From NCBI GenBank assembly GCA_023246355.1, contig JAHFIQ010000001.1:81887-145886 (forward strand): DNA of 64,000 nt, written 5' to 3'. Below are positions 9,589 to 18,780 of this stretch, piece after piece; the first letter of the stretch is position 1; each line of letters opens with the position of its first letter. The translations under genes and the position numbers were made by a program. The notes under the pieces were generated by a model that was given only the letters and a program-made list of their open reading frames with translations, did no database searches and was not told the DNA's origin. The stretch is from Candidatus Uhrbacteria bacterium. Lineage in GTDB: Bacteria > Patescibacteriota > Patescibacteriia > UBA9934 > GWF2-40-263.

Positions 9589-10293
9589 TTACATTTTTAC
9601 ATCGTCCACGTGCGTCATATCTTCTGATTGAACTTGGGTGATGTCATTCAACTTTTCTGTTTCCTGCAAATCGGGATTGTAGACATTGTAGTAGAGCTCA
9701 ATGAGACTCTGGGTATCCAACCGTGCGGAAGAAAGCCCCATGCTATTCAACTGTCCTTGAAGAATTTCCACGCGTCTCCCGAGCTGTTCCACTCTCTCCG
9801 TCAGTTGTTTCTTGCTCAATTTGGCAGCCGCGGCTGGTGAGAGCGACTCGGACAGTCGTGTCCAAAAATTTTTCTTTTTGTTCGTGAGAGGATCGTAGGG
9901 CAACACGACGTAGAACAGTTTTTGCATGATTTGACCCAGCTCAACCAGTTCAGTGACAAAAGCGCGGTAATCTGCAATCTGGGCACGCAACAGATCGTTC
10001 TCAATCTTGCGTTCCTGCTCACGGAGCCTGGCCATGTACGCATCAATGTTCATGCGACGCGACTGAATCACGATCTGAACTGGATACTCGAGTGAATTCA
10101 AAAACGTCATGTAGGCCTGAATGATCGCCTCCTGCTCTTCCCCAGACTTGAGCGCAAAGTTAATGCTCGACACCAACAACACGGCACGAACCGTCCCATC
10201 TTTGAGCAACACCAAGTCATCTCGAATCTCAGCAATATCGAGATACTTCTCGGTTGCCGGACCTGGTTTTGATTTGGCGAGTTTTGTTGCCAT
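9589..10293 (-). CDS. T4SS-associated hypothetical protein; possibly a separately encoded VirB4 N-terminal-like domain
   Basis: ATG at 10293 (MATKLAKSK...). The motif DIAEIRDDLVLLKDGTVRAVLLVSSINFALKSGEEQEAIIQAYMTFLNSL resembles the start of VirB4/CagE N-domains. The gene sits immediately upstream of virB4. Confidence 0.4.
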   Translation of the reverse strand: MATKLAKSKPGPATEKYLDIAEIRDDLVLLKDGTVRAVLLVSSINFALKSGEEQEAIIQAYMTFLNSLEYPVQIVIQSRRMNIDAYMARLREQERKIENDLLRAQIADYRAFVTELVELGQIMQKLFYVVLPYDPLTNKKKNFWTRLSESLSPAAAAKLSKKQLTERVEQLGRRVEILQGQLNSMGLSSARLDTQSLIELYYNVYNPDLQETEKLNDITQVQSEDMTHVDDVKM

Positions 10294-10401
10294 ACGAGTG
10301 TGAACGGGTGGCACGGTGTCTGACCCTGGCCGGCTAGCGCAGGCCACAGGCCGAGCACCGACAGGGTCTGCACCGTGACAGGACCCGTTCACGGCGATAC
10401 A

Positions 10402-10833
10402 TTATTCTTCAGGCTTATACACTCCCCCCGTATTCACCACTAAGGTTAATTCTTGCAATCGTGAAGTAGCGGTAAATTCTTTGCGCACAAAGTGCACGGG
10501 AGGCGGAGGGGTTTTCTGCGAGATCAATTCTTTGAGTTCTGAATCTTGATAGACCTTCTGCCACACCCGCAGCTTTGGTTTTTTCAGTGTTTGCAACAGG
10601 TTGAGAAAAAAATAATGAAAGGCCTGGCCATTGATTCTCACAAACGCCACAATCCCAGCCAGACAGATAAGCGGAATGCCGAAGATCAGAAACTGAACAA
10701 AACTGAGGAGTTTGAACAGTGCAAAATTTGTAAGACCTGCAACCATGAGGATGATAAATTGCCGAGCCGTGACAGGCCCGAAAATTTTGTCCTCTGCATC
10801 GATAAATTGTGGCACCACGAATTGTTCGGGCAT
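10402..10833 (-). CDS. PrgI/VirB3-like small membrane protein
   Basis: 143 aa. N-terminal EDKIFGPVTARQF motif (PrgI-like) followed by two TM helices. It lies upstream of virB4, as in Gram-positive T4SS loci. Confidence 0.45.
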   Translation of the reverse strand: MPEQFVVPQFIDAEDKIFGPVTARQFIILMVAGLTNFALFKLLSFVQFLIFGIPLICLAGIVAFVRINGQAFHYFFLNLLQTLKKPKLRVWQKVYQDSELKELISQKTPPPPVHFVRKEFTATSRLQELTLVVNTGGVYKPEE

Positions 10834-10856
10834 ACCCTATTCTACCAGAACCTGAG

Positions 10857-12101
10857 TTAAAACCTGAGTTCTGCATTCAATTCCATCATCATCTTGAGCT
10901 CTTCGTCCGTCAGTGTCTCTTCTTTTGCTGCACGACGTTCGGAAAGCAGCTGCACCACCGGCATGCCCTTCAAAACCGCATCTCGCGTGACTCCCATGTA
11001 AAGTTTGTTAAGGGGCGACTCCCGCCAGGCTTTGATGCCTTCAATTTTTTTGTCATACCCCTGTTCTTCCAACAAGCCGACTTTGTCTTTTACTTTTGTG
11101 GCCGCCTGCTTTGGATCAGATGAAAGCCGACGGAAATCTAGAAGACTCAACATCCGCAATTCTTCCACCGGCCCGGTCAGCCGTTTTTCAAAGGCAATCT
11201 CTTGCATGGATGCCTGGGCCTGTACGCGAGGACGTTTGGGAACAGCGGGAACCTTGCTCTGCTCAATGGCGTTGCGAACCTGACCTGTGAGCTGCTCATA
11301 GCGCTTGGCGAGTTGAGCTTCTTCTTGTTTTGCCACGTCTTGTTTTTCAATGACCTTTTTTTGTCGAGCCTCTTTTGCTGCGCCCTTTTCTTGTTCCTGT
11401 TTGACCATGGAGGCTTCCTGATAGCGTGTCACTTCCCCCTCGATCATCGAGAGCATGTCAGCAAGCCGTCGTCCTGTGACCCCCAGTCCTCCGGCATCCA
11501 CGGATCGCTCGAGCTGTGAACGTGTCTGTTCGGCGGTTCTGACCTCGCGCACGCGAGACTCGACGAGCTTGCCACATCTGTCTTTCAAAAGAACATCTGA
11601 AAATTGAAACGCGGGGTTTTCGCAAATCGTTTTCACAATGCTCTCAACATCAACAGGCGCGGCAGAGGTGAGAACAGCAGCGTGTTTTTCTTTGATCGCT
11701 GCAAGATCTTGTTCATCTTGAGCGTGATCGTCTTGTTGTACAACCGCGCCCAAGGGTTTGGTCCCTGAGTCGGATGGGATTAATGGGACGGATGAGGCGG
11801 CCGGTTTTCCAATCTTTCCAGCAAGCAAAATCGAAACGATTTCATCCAACAAGGTCATGGCCTTCATCCGCTCGAGTCCCAAAAGCTTCTTGATGGTCTC
11901 GATCAGTTCTTCTTCTGTCCTGGACCCTTCACACAATTCGATCACATCGGAGTGGAGTTTGGATACTTCATCCTCTCCCCCGCCGGCTTCTGTCACCAAC
12001 CGCTCGAGTCCATCAAAAACCTCCGGGCTCCACAAATACGCGCGAGCTTCTTGAGACAATTCTTTTTTTTGTACGGTCGTAGTGCTTGTCATGAAGTTCA
12101 C
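10857..12101 (-). CDS. Hypothetical coiled-coil protein within the T4SS-like operon
   Basis: 414 aa, no TM, K/E/Q-rich coiled-coil segments. Its start overlaps the stop of the VirB6-like gene. Confidence 0.5.
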   Translation of the reverse strand: MNFMTSTTTVQKKELSQEARAYLWSPEVFDGLERLVTEAGGGEDEVSKLHSDVIELCEGSRTEEELIETIKKLLGLERMKAMTLLDEIVSILLAGKIGKPAASSVPLIPSDSGTKPLGAVVQQDDHAQDEQDLAAIKEKHAAVLTSAAPVDVESIVKTICENPAFQFSDVLLKDRCGKLVESRVREVRTAEQTRSQLERSVDAGGLGVTGRRLADMLSMIEGEVTRYQEASMVKQEQEKGAAKEARQKKVIEKQDVAKQEEAQLAKRYEQLTGQVRNAIEQSKVPAVPKRPRVQAQASMQEIAFEKRLTGPVEELRMLSLLDFRRLSSDPKQAATKVKDKVGLLEEQGYDKKIEGIKAWRESPLNKLYMGVTRDAVLKGMPVVQLLSERRAAKEETLTDEELKMMMELNAELRF

Positions 12102-14830
12102 GTAGTTCTAGCCTTCTTCTCCTCTTCTCTTTTTTTCAAGTACGCCCGCATCGCGTTCAACTGCGCTTCTACTTTTGCAAACTCCTTGCCTTCATCGGTG
12201 GCTGGATCAACCACAGGATTTACTTTTTCTGCTTCCTTCTTCGTGATTCTATTCAAAATGTTCACGACCGTGGAAGCCTTGTCGACATTCTCGGGTTTAG
12301 CCGCTTCCTTGGCTGCATCAGCCTCTGCTCTGGCCGCAGCTTTATCTTGAGGGCGATTCATGGGATCAGCCGCAGCGCGCTGTGCTGTTTGTTCAGCTCG
12401 ATCTGCGGTCGCTTGTAATTGTGCGGCCACCTGTGACCTTGCCGCTGCAAGATCACGAGCAAGCTGATCCAACTCCTGCGTGACCTTTTCACGGGCTGGT
12501 TCCAATCTTGATTTCTGTTCTGTTTCAACCCTGCCGACATCTCGCTGAACGGCCTCATCCACACCGCGAGTAACACGATTCATGTGTTGTGCTGAACTTG
12601 AACCTGGTTTCATGGCACCAACGTTCTGAGCGGTTTCACGCATGACCGTCACAATTTTCATCCGCTCACTGGGATCCGTAGCTCCATGAAACTTGGCTCC
12701 AAGATTGCTCATGAGCGTCCTGGCACGATTTTCGTCGCCGGCTCGCATCGCCGCCTCTATGGCTTTTCTGATTCCATCAGCGGTTCCTTTCTCACCAAGG
12801 GTCGTCACATTCACACGAGCCAACTCTGCATCATTCATGCGCTCATATTTTTCTCCTTCACCGCTGGTAAGCGCATTCTTCTTTGCGTCGCCCGCTCCGC
12901 CCAGACCCTTTGACACAGCATCATAAGCAGAAAGATACTCCCCATCGGCTCCACGCACATCCGACTTCACATTCCTCAACCGTTCCTGAATGGCTTTATC
13001 TTTCAGGGCATCATCATTCAGGCCTTTGACATCATCCCAAGTGCTGATAAGCCCTGCAGATTTCGTAATATCGGCATTGGATTTTTTGAAGTCGTTAATC
13101 TGATCCAACTTGGCCGCATCGTGTTTGTTATCGTTTGTGAACTCGTTGCCTTTCTGCGCCCAAGCTTTTTGCAATGTTCCATCAGCTCGCGCTTCTTTTT
13201 GCATGCGCTTGTCACCCATGGTTTCATCCAAAAGCGCCTTGTACTGCGCGTCTTCTTTTGCAGAAAGCGATCCGCCACGTGCAACTTGATTGGCGTAGGT
13301 TCGCATGAGGTTCAACTTTTCGTCGCGACCCTTGTTCTTCATGCCTTCCTTAGCAAGCTTCATGTCCTCAGTACGCGCAAGCCCAGCCTGCGCTTTGGAA
13401 CGAGCTTGAACCCCAACACCAAGGCGTTCGAGCGTTCTGAGTCCTGTCACCTTTCCCGTCTTTTGTACGATGCTGCCTGCACCTGTCTTCACAGATTCAC
13501 GAGCAGAAGCATACCCTCGAGCAACAGCCGATGAGCCTGGTAAGTAGCTCGCGACTGTCACAGCGGCAGAAGGAGCGCGATAGGCACCCTTGGCTCCCAA
13601 TCGCAATCCTGCGCCACCAGCTTTAAGACCAAGGCCACCGGCTCCGAGACCCAATGCAGCCGCCCCTTTTGCAAGCACACCACCCCTGGCTTTTTGTAGA
13701 GATTTCCCAAGCACGCCGCCGGACAAAGACGAACACAATTGTTGAGCGGCATCAAACCCGGCAAACAACATAGCCATGCCGATGAGAAAGCTCATGAAAT
13801 GTTGAGGTTCGAGTAACTTAGAAGCAAGGTCAGCAGAGTTCGCTGAACTTACATTAAAACCAGTCTCGGCCGCTATATTTCCTGCTCCAGCTACGGCAAG
13901 AGTCAGCCATAAGAAAAAAGTAAGAACAGGGCCTACACCAACCAAACACTTAAAACGATCCCACCATTTTGCATACGCGTCTGATTGAATGATGCCGCTT
14001 GAACCGCCTGCTCCACCAACAAACCAGGCGAGCGGAGAAATCACCACCAAAATCCACAGACCAATAATACGATAGATCAAAATCACTACCAACATGATGA
14101 GCGTTCCTAAGACCCACAGGGTGAGCAAGACAGACATGATGCCACCACCTAAGTAGTCAAAATTATCAATAGTTTTTCCTGCAGCCGTCCCAACGTCGTT
14201 GAGCGCCTGAATGTTTGTGCTCACCTGATACAATTGATTCAGTCCTAAAAGTTGAATAAAGTTTCCGGCCGCAATCTCACGCAGGGCATTGGCAAAGGTG
14301 AGCATGATCACCTGACCAAAATCGATCATGATGCCACAGAGGGTTTTTGAAAAGTTGATCACGATCGCAAAGGTGAGAAGTTTTGGCACCTGCTGTGACC
14401 ATTGAAACTTGGAGTGACCGAAGATGGTTCCAAACGCTATGATGATGAGCACGATCACAAAAAACATGTTGACTGTGTCGCGCATGATGGCCCAACCAGC
14501 ACTCACCACTTTGTTGGTCACAAAACTGTTATACGTCATGATGGGAACCATGAGGTCAATCATGAGTACAATACCTTGGGTCAAAATGCCTGCAATAGAA
14601 TAGGCAATATTGGCGAGCGTACCTGCAATAGTATCCAAGACGCTCAGTCCACCGAGAGCAGCCGCAGAGGCGCCGGGAGCTGCGGCCCGAGTCATCACCG
14701 GAATCAAAAAAGCAAAAAGAGACGAAACAAAAACACCTCCCACACGACCAAAACGATGCGGAGTCTTCCGCTTCGCACGATCGCTGAGCCAGTCTTTGAG
14801 CGCATGCAGACGCAGAAAAAGCTTCAGCAT
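12098..14830 (-). CDS. VirB6/TrbL/PrgH-like polytopic membrane protein with a long hydrophilic C-terminal domain
   Basis: 910 aa: about 8-10 TM helices in the N-terminal 400 aa, then a ~500-aa charged tail. Assignment is by topology and synteny (VirB6, VirB3, VirB4, VirB8 order) only. Confidence 0.5.
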   Translation of the reverse strand: MLKLFLRLHALKDWLSDRAKRKTPHRFGRVGGVFVSSLFAFLIPVMTRAAAPGASAAALGGLSVLDTIAGTLANIAYSIAGILTQGIVLMIDLMVPIMTYNSFVTNKVVSAGWAIMRDTVNMFFVIVLIIIAFGTIFGHSKFQWSQQVPKLLTFAIVINFSKTLCGIMIDFGQVIMLTFANALREIAAGNFIQLLGLNQLYQVSTNIQALNDVGTAAGKTIDNFDYLGGGIMSVLLTLWVLGTLIMLVVILIYRIIGLWILVVISPLAWFVGGAGGSSGIIQSDAYAKWWDRFKCLVGVGPVLTFFLWLTLAVAGAGNIAAETGFNVSSANSADLASKLLEPQHFMSFLIGMAMLFAGFDAAQQLCSSLSGGVLGKSLQKARGGVLAKGAAALGLGAGGLGLKAGGAGLRLGAKGAYRAPSAAVTVASYLPGSSAVARGYASARESVKTGAGSIVQKTGKVTGLRTLERLGVGVQARSKAQAGLARTEDMKLAKEGMKNKGRDEKLNLMRTYANQVARGGSLSAKEDAQYKALLDETMGDKRMQKEARADGTLQKAWAQKGNEFTNDNKHDAAKLDQINDFKKSNADITKSAGLISTWDDVKGLNDDALKDKAIQERLRNVKSDVRGADGEYLSAYDAVSKGLGGAGDAKKNALTSGEGEKYERMNDAELARVNVTTLGEKGTADGIRKAIEAAMRAGDENRARTLMSNLGAKFHGATDPSERMKIVTVMRETAQNVGAMKPGSSSAQHMNRVTRGVDEAVQRDVGRVETEQKSRLEPAREKVTQELDQLARDLAAARSQVAAQLQATADRAEQTAQRAAADPMNRPQDKAAARAEADAAKEAAKPENVDKASTVVNILNRITKKEAEKVNPVVDPATDEGKEFAKVEAQLNAMRAYLKKREEEKKARTT

Positions 14831-14850
14831 AATCTGGGGGAATTATAGCA

Positions 14851-14945
14851 TGGAAGAGGAGGTGGAAGAGGTAGACGAGGTGGATAAGGTGGATTGGAAA
14901 GTCATTCTAAAACCTCATCTCCCTCATCCACCTCGGCCACCTTAA
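14851..14945. repeat. GAGGTGGA-type mini-repeat, intergenic copy with a partial inverted copy
   Basis: gaggtggaagaggtagacgaggtggataaggtgg at 14851-14900, with the partial inverted copy cctcatctccctcatccacctc at 14921-14945. Near-identical to copies inside rsmA, radA and nusA. Confidence 0.6.
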
Positions 14946-14978
14946 ATATAAAACCGGACGGGTCGTACCGTCCGGTAG
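14944..14978 (-). terminator. Rho-independent terminator downstream of the M23 lipoprotein gene
   Basis: Perfect 8-bp stem ccggacgg/ccgtccgg, followed on the minus strand by a T-rich run. Confidence 0.5.
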
Positions 14979-15017
14979 CGAGGGGTTAGCCTCCCATGTG
15001 GTCCTCCTGGTTATGGA

Positions 15018-17018
15018 TCACAATTGAGAATTGTCCGTGTAACCGTTGCCGATGCCCTGAAGTCCATCACTGGGATCCCAGGACACGTAGATGAGCCACT
15101 CCTCCCAGCTGGTGTCGTTGTCCATGAGCTCGCACAGGTCACTCCCACCGGAACAGAACCCATCGTTCTGCCACCAGTACCAGTTGCCCATGCTCGAATC
15201 CGGATCGTCACCGTCCGTGCCTTCAGCGTTGATGAGACTCATCTGCACTTCACAGTCGTAGGCAAACTCCGAGAAGTCGATCTCGTAGTAGCCACCACTG
15301 TTTGCGTAGACAAGGTCACCGCTTGAGAGCGTGCCGTTGTAGCATCCGCCATTGCCGTAGACGTAGGCGTCTTCACCGTCGATCGCGGAAGTGAGCCAGA
15401 GGTCGTCGGCCATGAGCAAGGTTTCGTAGAGTCCGTCTCCATCGCTGTCCACGATGCAGGCGTCTTCCCCATCGCAGTCCGTGTTGGTTTCAGGATCTTC
15501 GACTTCCTCTTCCTCATCGGTGTCTTCCTCATCAGCTTCTTCTTGGTCAGATGCGTCAGATGGGTCGGATGCGTCCGTATCCTCGTTGGATGCGTCCGCG
15601 TCATCACCATCTTCATCCTCGTCTTCATCCGACGTCGAGATCTCCTCGTCCTCGCCGTCCGATGAACCGCCGGTGCTGCCGCCACTGACCAGATCCAGTC
15701 CGCCGCCACAGGTCGCGACTGCATCCTCGTCCAAGCACCACTGATCTGCCGCGCAACTCCCGACCGTATCGAGTTCGCCCACGGTGCCGTCTGCCACCGT
15801 GATGATGTTGCGACTCAGATACCCCATCATGAGGTACATGTCCCAACTCACGATGGGCAGTGCGACTCCGCCGGAAACTTCCCACACGTCCGAGGCATCC
15901 TCTTCTTTGACGAGCGTCCCGTCGCGCAGCCCAACGTAGGAACTGCTCGGCGGCCAGGTTTCCATGTAGTCGCTGGAATCCGAGTACGTATCCGGATAGT
16001 TGTCCGTCCCGTAATCGAGTCCCCAGGACTCCATCACCGCCTCCCAGCCGATCTCGCGCACGCGGGCGCGATAGCGATTGGGGTCCGTGCTGGTTCCCAC
16101 GAACAGCCAGAGCTGCTCTTCGGTATCAAACGCGGCCTGCACCCAGCCAGTCTGCGTGATGTCGTCGCCCTCGCCCAGGCAGTCGAGTTCCTCGTCGGAG
16201 ATGATGACGACTTCCTCAAAGTCCCAGTTGTGACCCCAGAAGACGTCCTCGTTCTCGATCCACCTGGCCGCACCATCTTCCAGGACGTAGACGCGGGCAT
16301 TGTCACCGGTCTTCACGAGCGTCCCATCCGGATGCCAGAGCGGTACCGAAAGCTGGCTCTCGTAGAAGTCCCCGTCATGCGGATCACCTTCACTGGCGAT
16401 CCCGCAGACGAAGTCCTCCGAGTCGATCATCTGGGCCTCCCCGCGATCGCTCGCATTGGCTGCCCAGTACAGCGTGGGAATCGACACGCCGTTTCCGGCA
16501 TCCTCGCTGGCATCACCTTCATGAAGCCCGATGTGGATGTGGTCGCCGCTTGAGGCGCCCGTGTTTCCCTCGTACCCGATCAGCTCTCCCTGTCCGACCT
16601 CGTCCCCATCGCCGACAAAGATGTCGGAGAAGTGGCCCAGCACGATGTAGGTGCCATCACCCAGATCGATGTTGACGTGGTAGCCGAAGCCAGAGGTGGC
16701 ATCGAGATGCACGTAGGCCGTGCCCGAGATGGGCGCGTAGACTTCCTCGTCTGCGTAGTTGTTCGTATCCAGATCGATGTCGTACTCGGTGGACGTCTTC
16801 GAGTGGCTGTGAGAGCCGTGGGCTCCCTGCGTACACATGGTCTCGTGACCAGATTCCAGAGGAAGCTGGAGCGCTCCCTCACCTCCCCCTTGATCGGAGG
16901 AACCATTCGTCTCACGGGACACATCGAAGGGCTCGCAGCCCGACATGACGATGATCGTCAAAGCGCTCACAATGAGCGTGCTCACAAACAGGTAGCTTGG
17001 CAAACGATGGAAAAACAT
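15018..17018 (-). CDS. Lipoprotein with peptidase M23 domain, long D/E/S-rich acidic linker and C-terminal domain
   Basis: Likely start MFFHRLPSYLFVSTLIVSALTIIVMSGC (lipobox). M23 motifs GYHVNIDLGDGTYIVLGHF and GNTGASSGDHIHIGLHEG. Acidic low-complexity stretch of about 80 aa. GC about 63%. Confidence 0.65.
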   Translation of the reverse strand: MFFHRLPSYLFVSTLIVSALTIIVMSGCEPFDVSRETNGSSDQGGGEGALQLPLESGHETMCTQGAHGSHSHSKTSTEYDIDLDTNNYADEEVYAPISGTAYVHLDATSGFGYHVNIDLGDGTYIVLGHFSDIFVGDGDEVGQGELIGYEGNTGASSGDHIHIGLHEGDASEDAGNGVSIPTLYWAANASDRGEAQMIDSEDFVCGIASEGDPHDGDFYESQLSVPLWHPDGTLVKTGDNARVYVLEDGAARWIENEDVFWGHNWDFEEVVIISDEELDCLGEGDDITQTGWVQAAFDTEEQLWLFVGTSTDPNRYRARVREIGWEAVMESWGLDYGTDNYPDTYSDSSDYMETWPPSSSYVGLRDGTLVKEEDASDVWEVSGGVALPIVSWDMYLMMGYLSRNIITVADGTVGELDTVGSCAADQWCLDEDAVATCGGGLDLVSGGSTGGSSDGEDEEISTSDEDEDEDGDDADASNEDTDASDPSDASDQEEADEEDTDEEEEVEDPETNTDCDGEDACIVDSDGDGLYETLLMADDLWLTSAIDGEDAYVYGNGGCYNGTLSSGDLVYANSGGYYEIDFSEFAYDCEVQMSLINAEGTDGDDPDSSMGNWYWWQNDGFCSGGSDLCELMDNDTSWEEWLIYVSWDPSDGLQGIGNGYTDNSQL

Positions 17019-17445
17019 GGCATCACACGGTCTTTTGAACGTACGTAACTGGGTCAAGATGAACCGGAATGGATCAACTTCCCCGGGCGGCGCAATAAGC
17101 CTCTTGCACCGACCCATGGACGTCGACCACACTCTCCAAAGTCACGGGTCCAGAAGTCTCTTGTCCTCCCCACCAACAGACTTCCGTTAAGCTTGGACCT
17201 GTTCTCTGGCACCGCAGCACCGCCGCTTGGAATCATTGAGGGAACCTTCGATTCCCTGAACGCAACCGTTCTTGTTCCGTTGCATGCAAGTGATGCAGAT
17301 GTGTGTGCGATCTACAATCATCAAATCAAAAAACCGCTCATGGGTCAAGCAGTTTTTCGCTAAATTTAGATATTTTTTGTTAATGCTCTTTTTACACGTG
17401 TCGATGCCTTTCAACAAAATATCAAACATTGCTTTTCTTTTTTGT

Positions 17446-18735
17446 TCACTTTTTCTTTGCAACCTCTTTGTGAATAACTTCTTTGCCCATCCATGGACGC
17501 AGCACTTCAGGAACCACAACAGATCCATCTTGCTGCTGATAATTTTCCAAAATGGCAATGATCGGACGACACATAGAAAAGGCTGTTCCATTGAGCGCGT
17601 GGGAAAGCACGTTTTTATTTCCCACCTTCACCCGCGTGTTCAAACGACGTGTCTGAAAGTCTGTGGTGTTGGAAGTGGAAGATGTTTCCCGATAGGTTTT
17701 CTGACTGGGGATCCAGGTTTCGATGTCATAGGTACGAGCAGAAGGAGCGCCGGTGTCGCCTGAGCAGAGCTTCATCACGCGATGTGGAAGATTCAATCCT
17801 TGCATGAGCCGCTCTTGGATCGACAGAAGGAGTTCGTGCTCCTCGTCTGATCCCTCAGGAGTCGTGAAGGAAAACATCTCGACTTTATCAAATTGGTGAA
17901 CACGCAAAATGCCGCGTGTATCTTTCCCATACGACCCTGCTTCACGGCGATAGCACGGAGAAAAACCAACATACCGCAGCGGCAGATGATCTGCATCTAA
18001 AATTTCATCCATGTGCATGGGCCCGATGGATTGCTCTGAGGTGCCGATGAGCACCATTTCGTCATGCTTCAAGTGGTAGATTTCCTCCTCGCCGCCGTGC
18101 TCGAGATATCCCATGGCGCTCATGGCCTTGGTCGAGATGAGATGCGGAGGAAGGACAGGGATGAACCCCGCCTTCATGGTTTCTTGCAGGGCATACTGAA
18201 GCAGAGCCATCTCAAGAAGCACTCCATCGCCTTTCAAATAAGCAAAGCGCGCACCAGAAACCTTGGCCGCACGATCCATGTCGATGATTCCCAAATCCAC
18301 ACCAAGATCAAGATGGTCTTTTGGCTCAAACGAAAAGGCTGTGGGTTCGCCGAAGGTACGCATCACCTGATTGGCTGTTTCATCACGACCAATCGGCACG
18401 TCGTCGCGCAAGAGATTTGGATATCGACGCAACTCGCATTCAAGATCCCCTTCTGTTTGCACGAGTGTGGCTTCAAGATGTTTGACTTGATCCTTGAGCG
18501 CCTTGCCTTCCTGTACAAGTGCCTCACGGTTCTCAGCTTTGGGAATGAGTTCAGCCACCTCGTTGGCACGGGTACGCACAACCTGAATTTCCTCCAACGT
18601 GGTAAGACGCTTTTGTTGCAAAGCTTGGGCAACAGACACATCAATGTCTTTCCCACGATTTACATTGTTTTTGGCAATACGCTCAGGCTCCTCCATGAGC
18701 TGTTTGATGTCGATCATACGACCACTATGATGCAC
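17446..18735 (-). CDS. serS: Seryl-tRNA synthetase
   Basis: N-terminal coiled-coil arm and class II motifs (FSPCYRREAGSYGKDTRGILRVHQFDKVE). 429 aa. Confidence 0.9.
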   Translation of the reverse strand: MHHSGRMIDIKQLMEEPERIAKNNVNRGKDIDVSVAQALQQKRLTTLEEIQVVRTRANEVAELIPKAENREALVQEGKALKDQVKHLEATLVQTEGDLECELRRYPNLLRDDVPIGRDETANQVMRTFGEPTAFSFEPKDHLDLGVDLGIIDMDRAAKVSGARFAYLKGDGVLLEMALLQYALQETMKAGFIPVLPPHLISTKAMSAMGYLEHGGEEEIYHLKHDEMVLIGTSEQSIGPMHMDEILDADHLPLRYVGFSPCYRREAGSYGKDTRGILRVHQFDKVEMFSFTTPEGSDEEHELLLSIQERLMQGLNLPHRVMKLCSGDTGAPSARTYDIETWIPSQKTYRETSSTSNTTDFQTRRLNTRVKVGNKNVLSHALNGTAFSMCRPIIAILENYQQQDGSVVVPEVLRPWMGKEVIHKEVAKKK

Positions 18736-18780
18736 GAACTTGGAATAAATGAAAAGACGAGAGGCGGGCTCTCGTCTGCG

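Noticed and set aside
14610-14945. ORF 14610..14945 (+) encoding EEEVEEVDEVDKVD
   Set aside because: It is a translation of the intergenic GAGGTGGA mini-repeat and of the antisense strand of the VirB6-like gene start. It is not a gene.
17187-17763. ORFs 17187..17591 (-) and 17272..17763 (+) in the AT-rich gap
   Set aside because: Low-complexity K/F/L-rich translations, no RBS, and they overlap each other and the serS 3' end. More likely non-coding.
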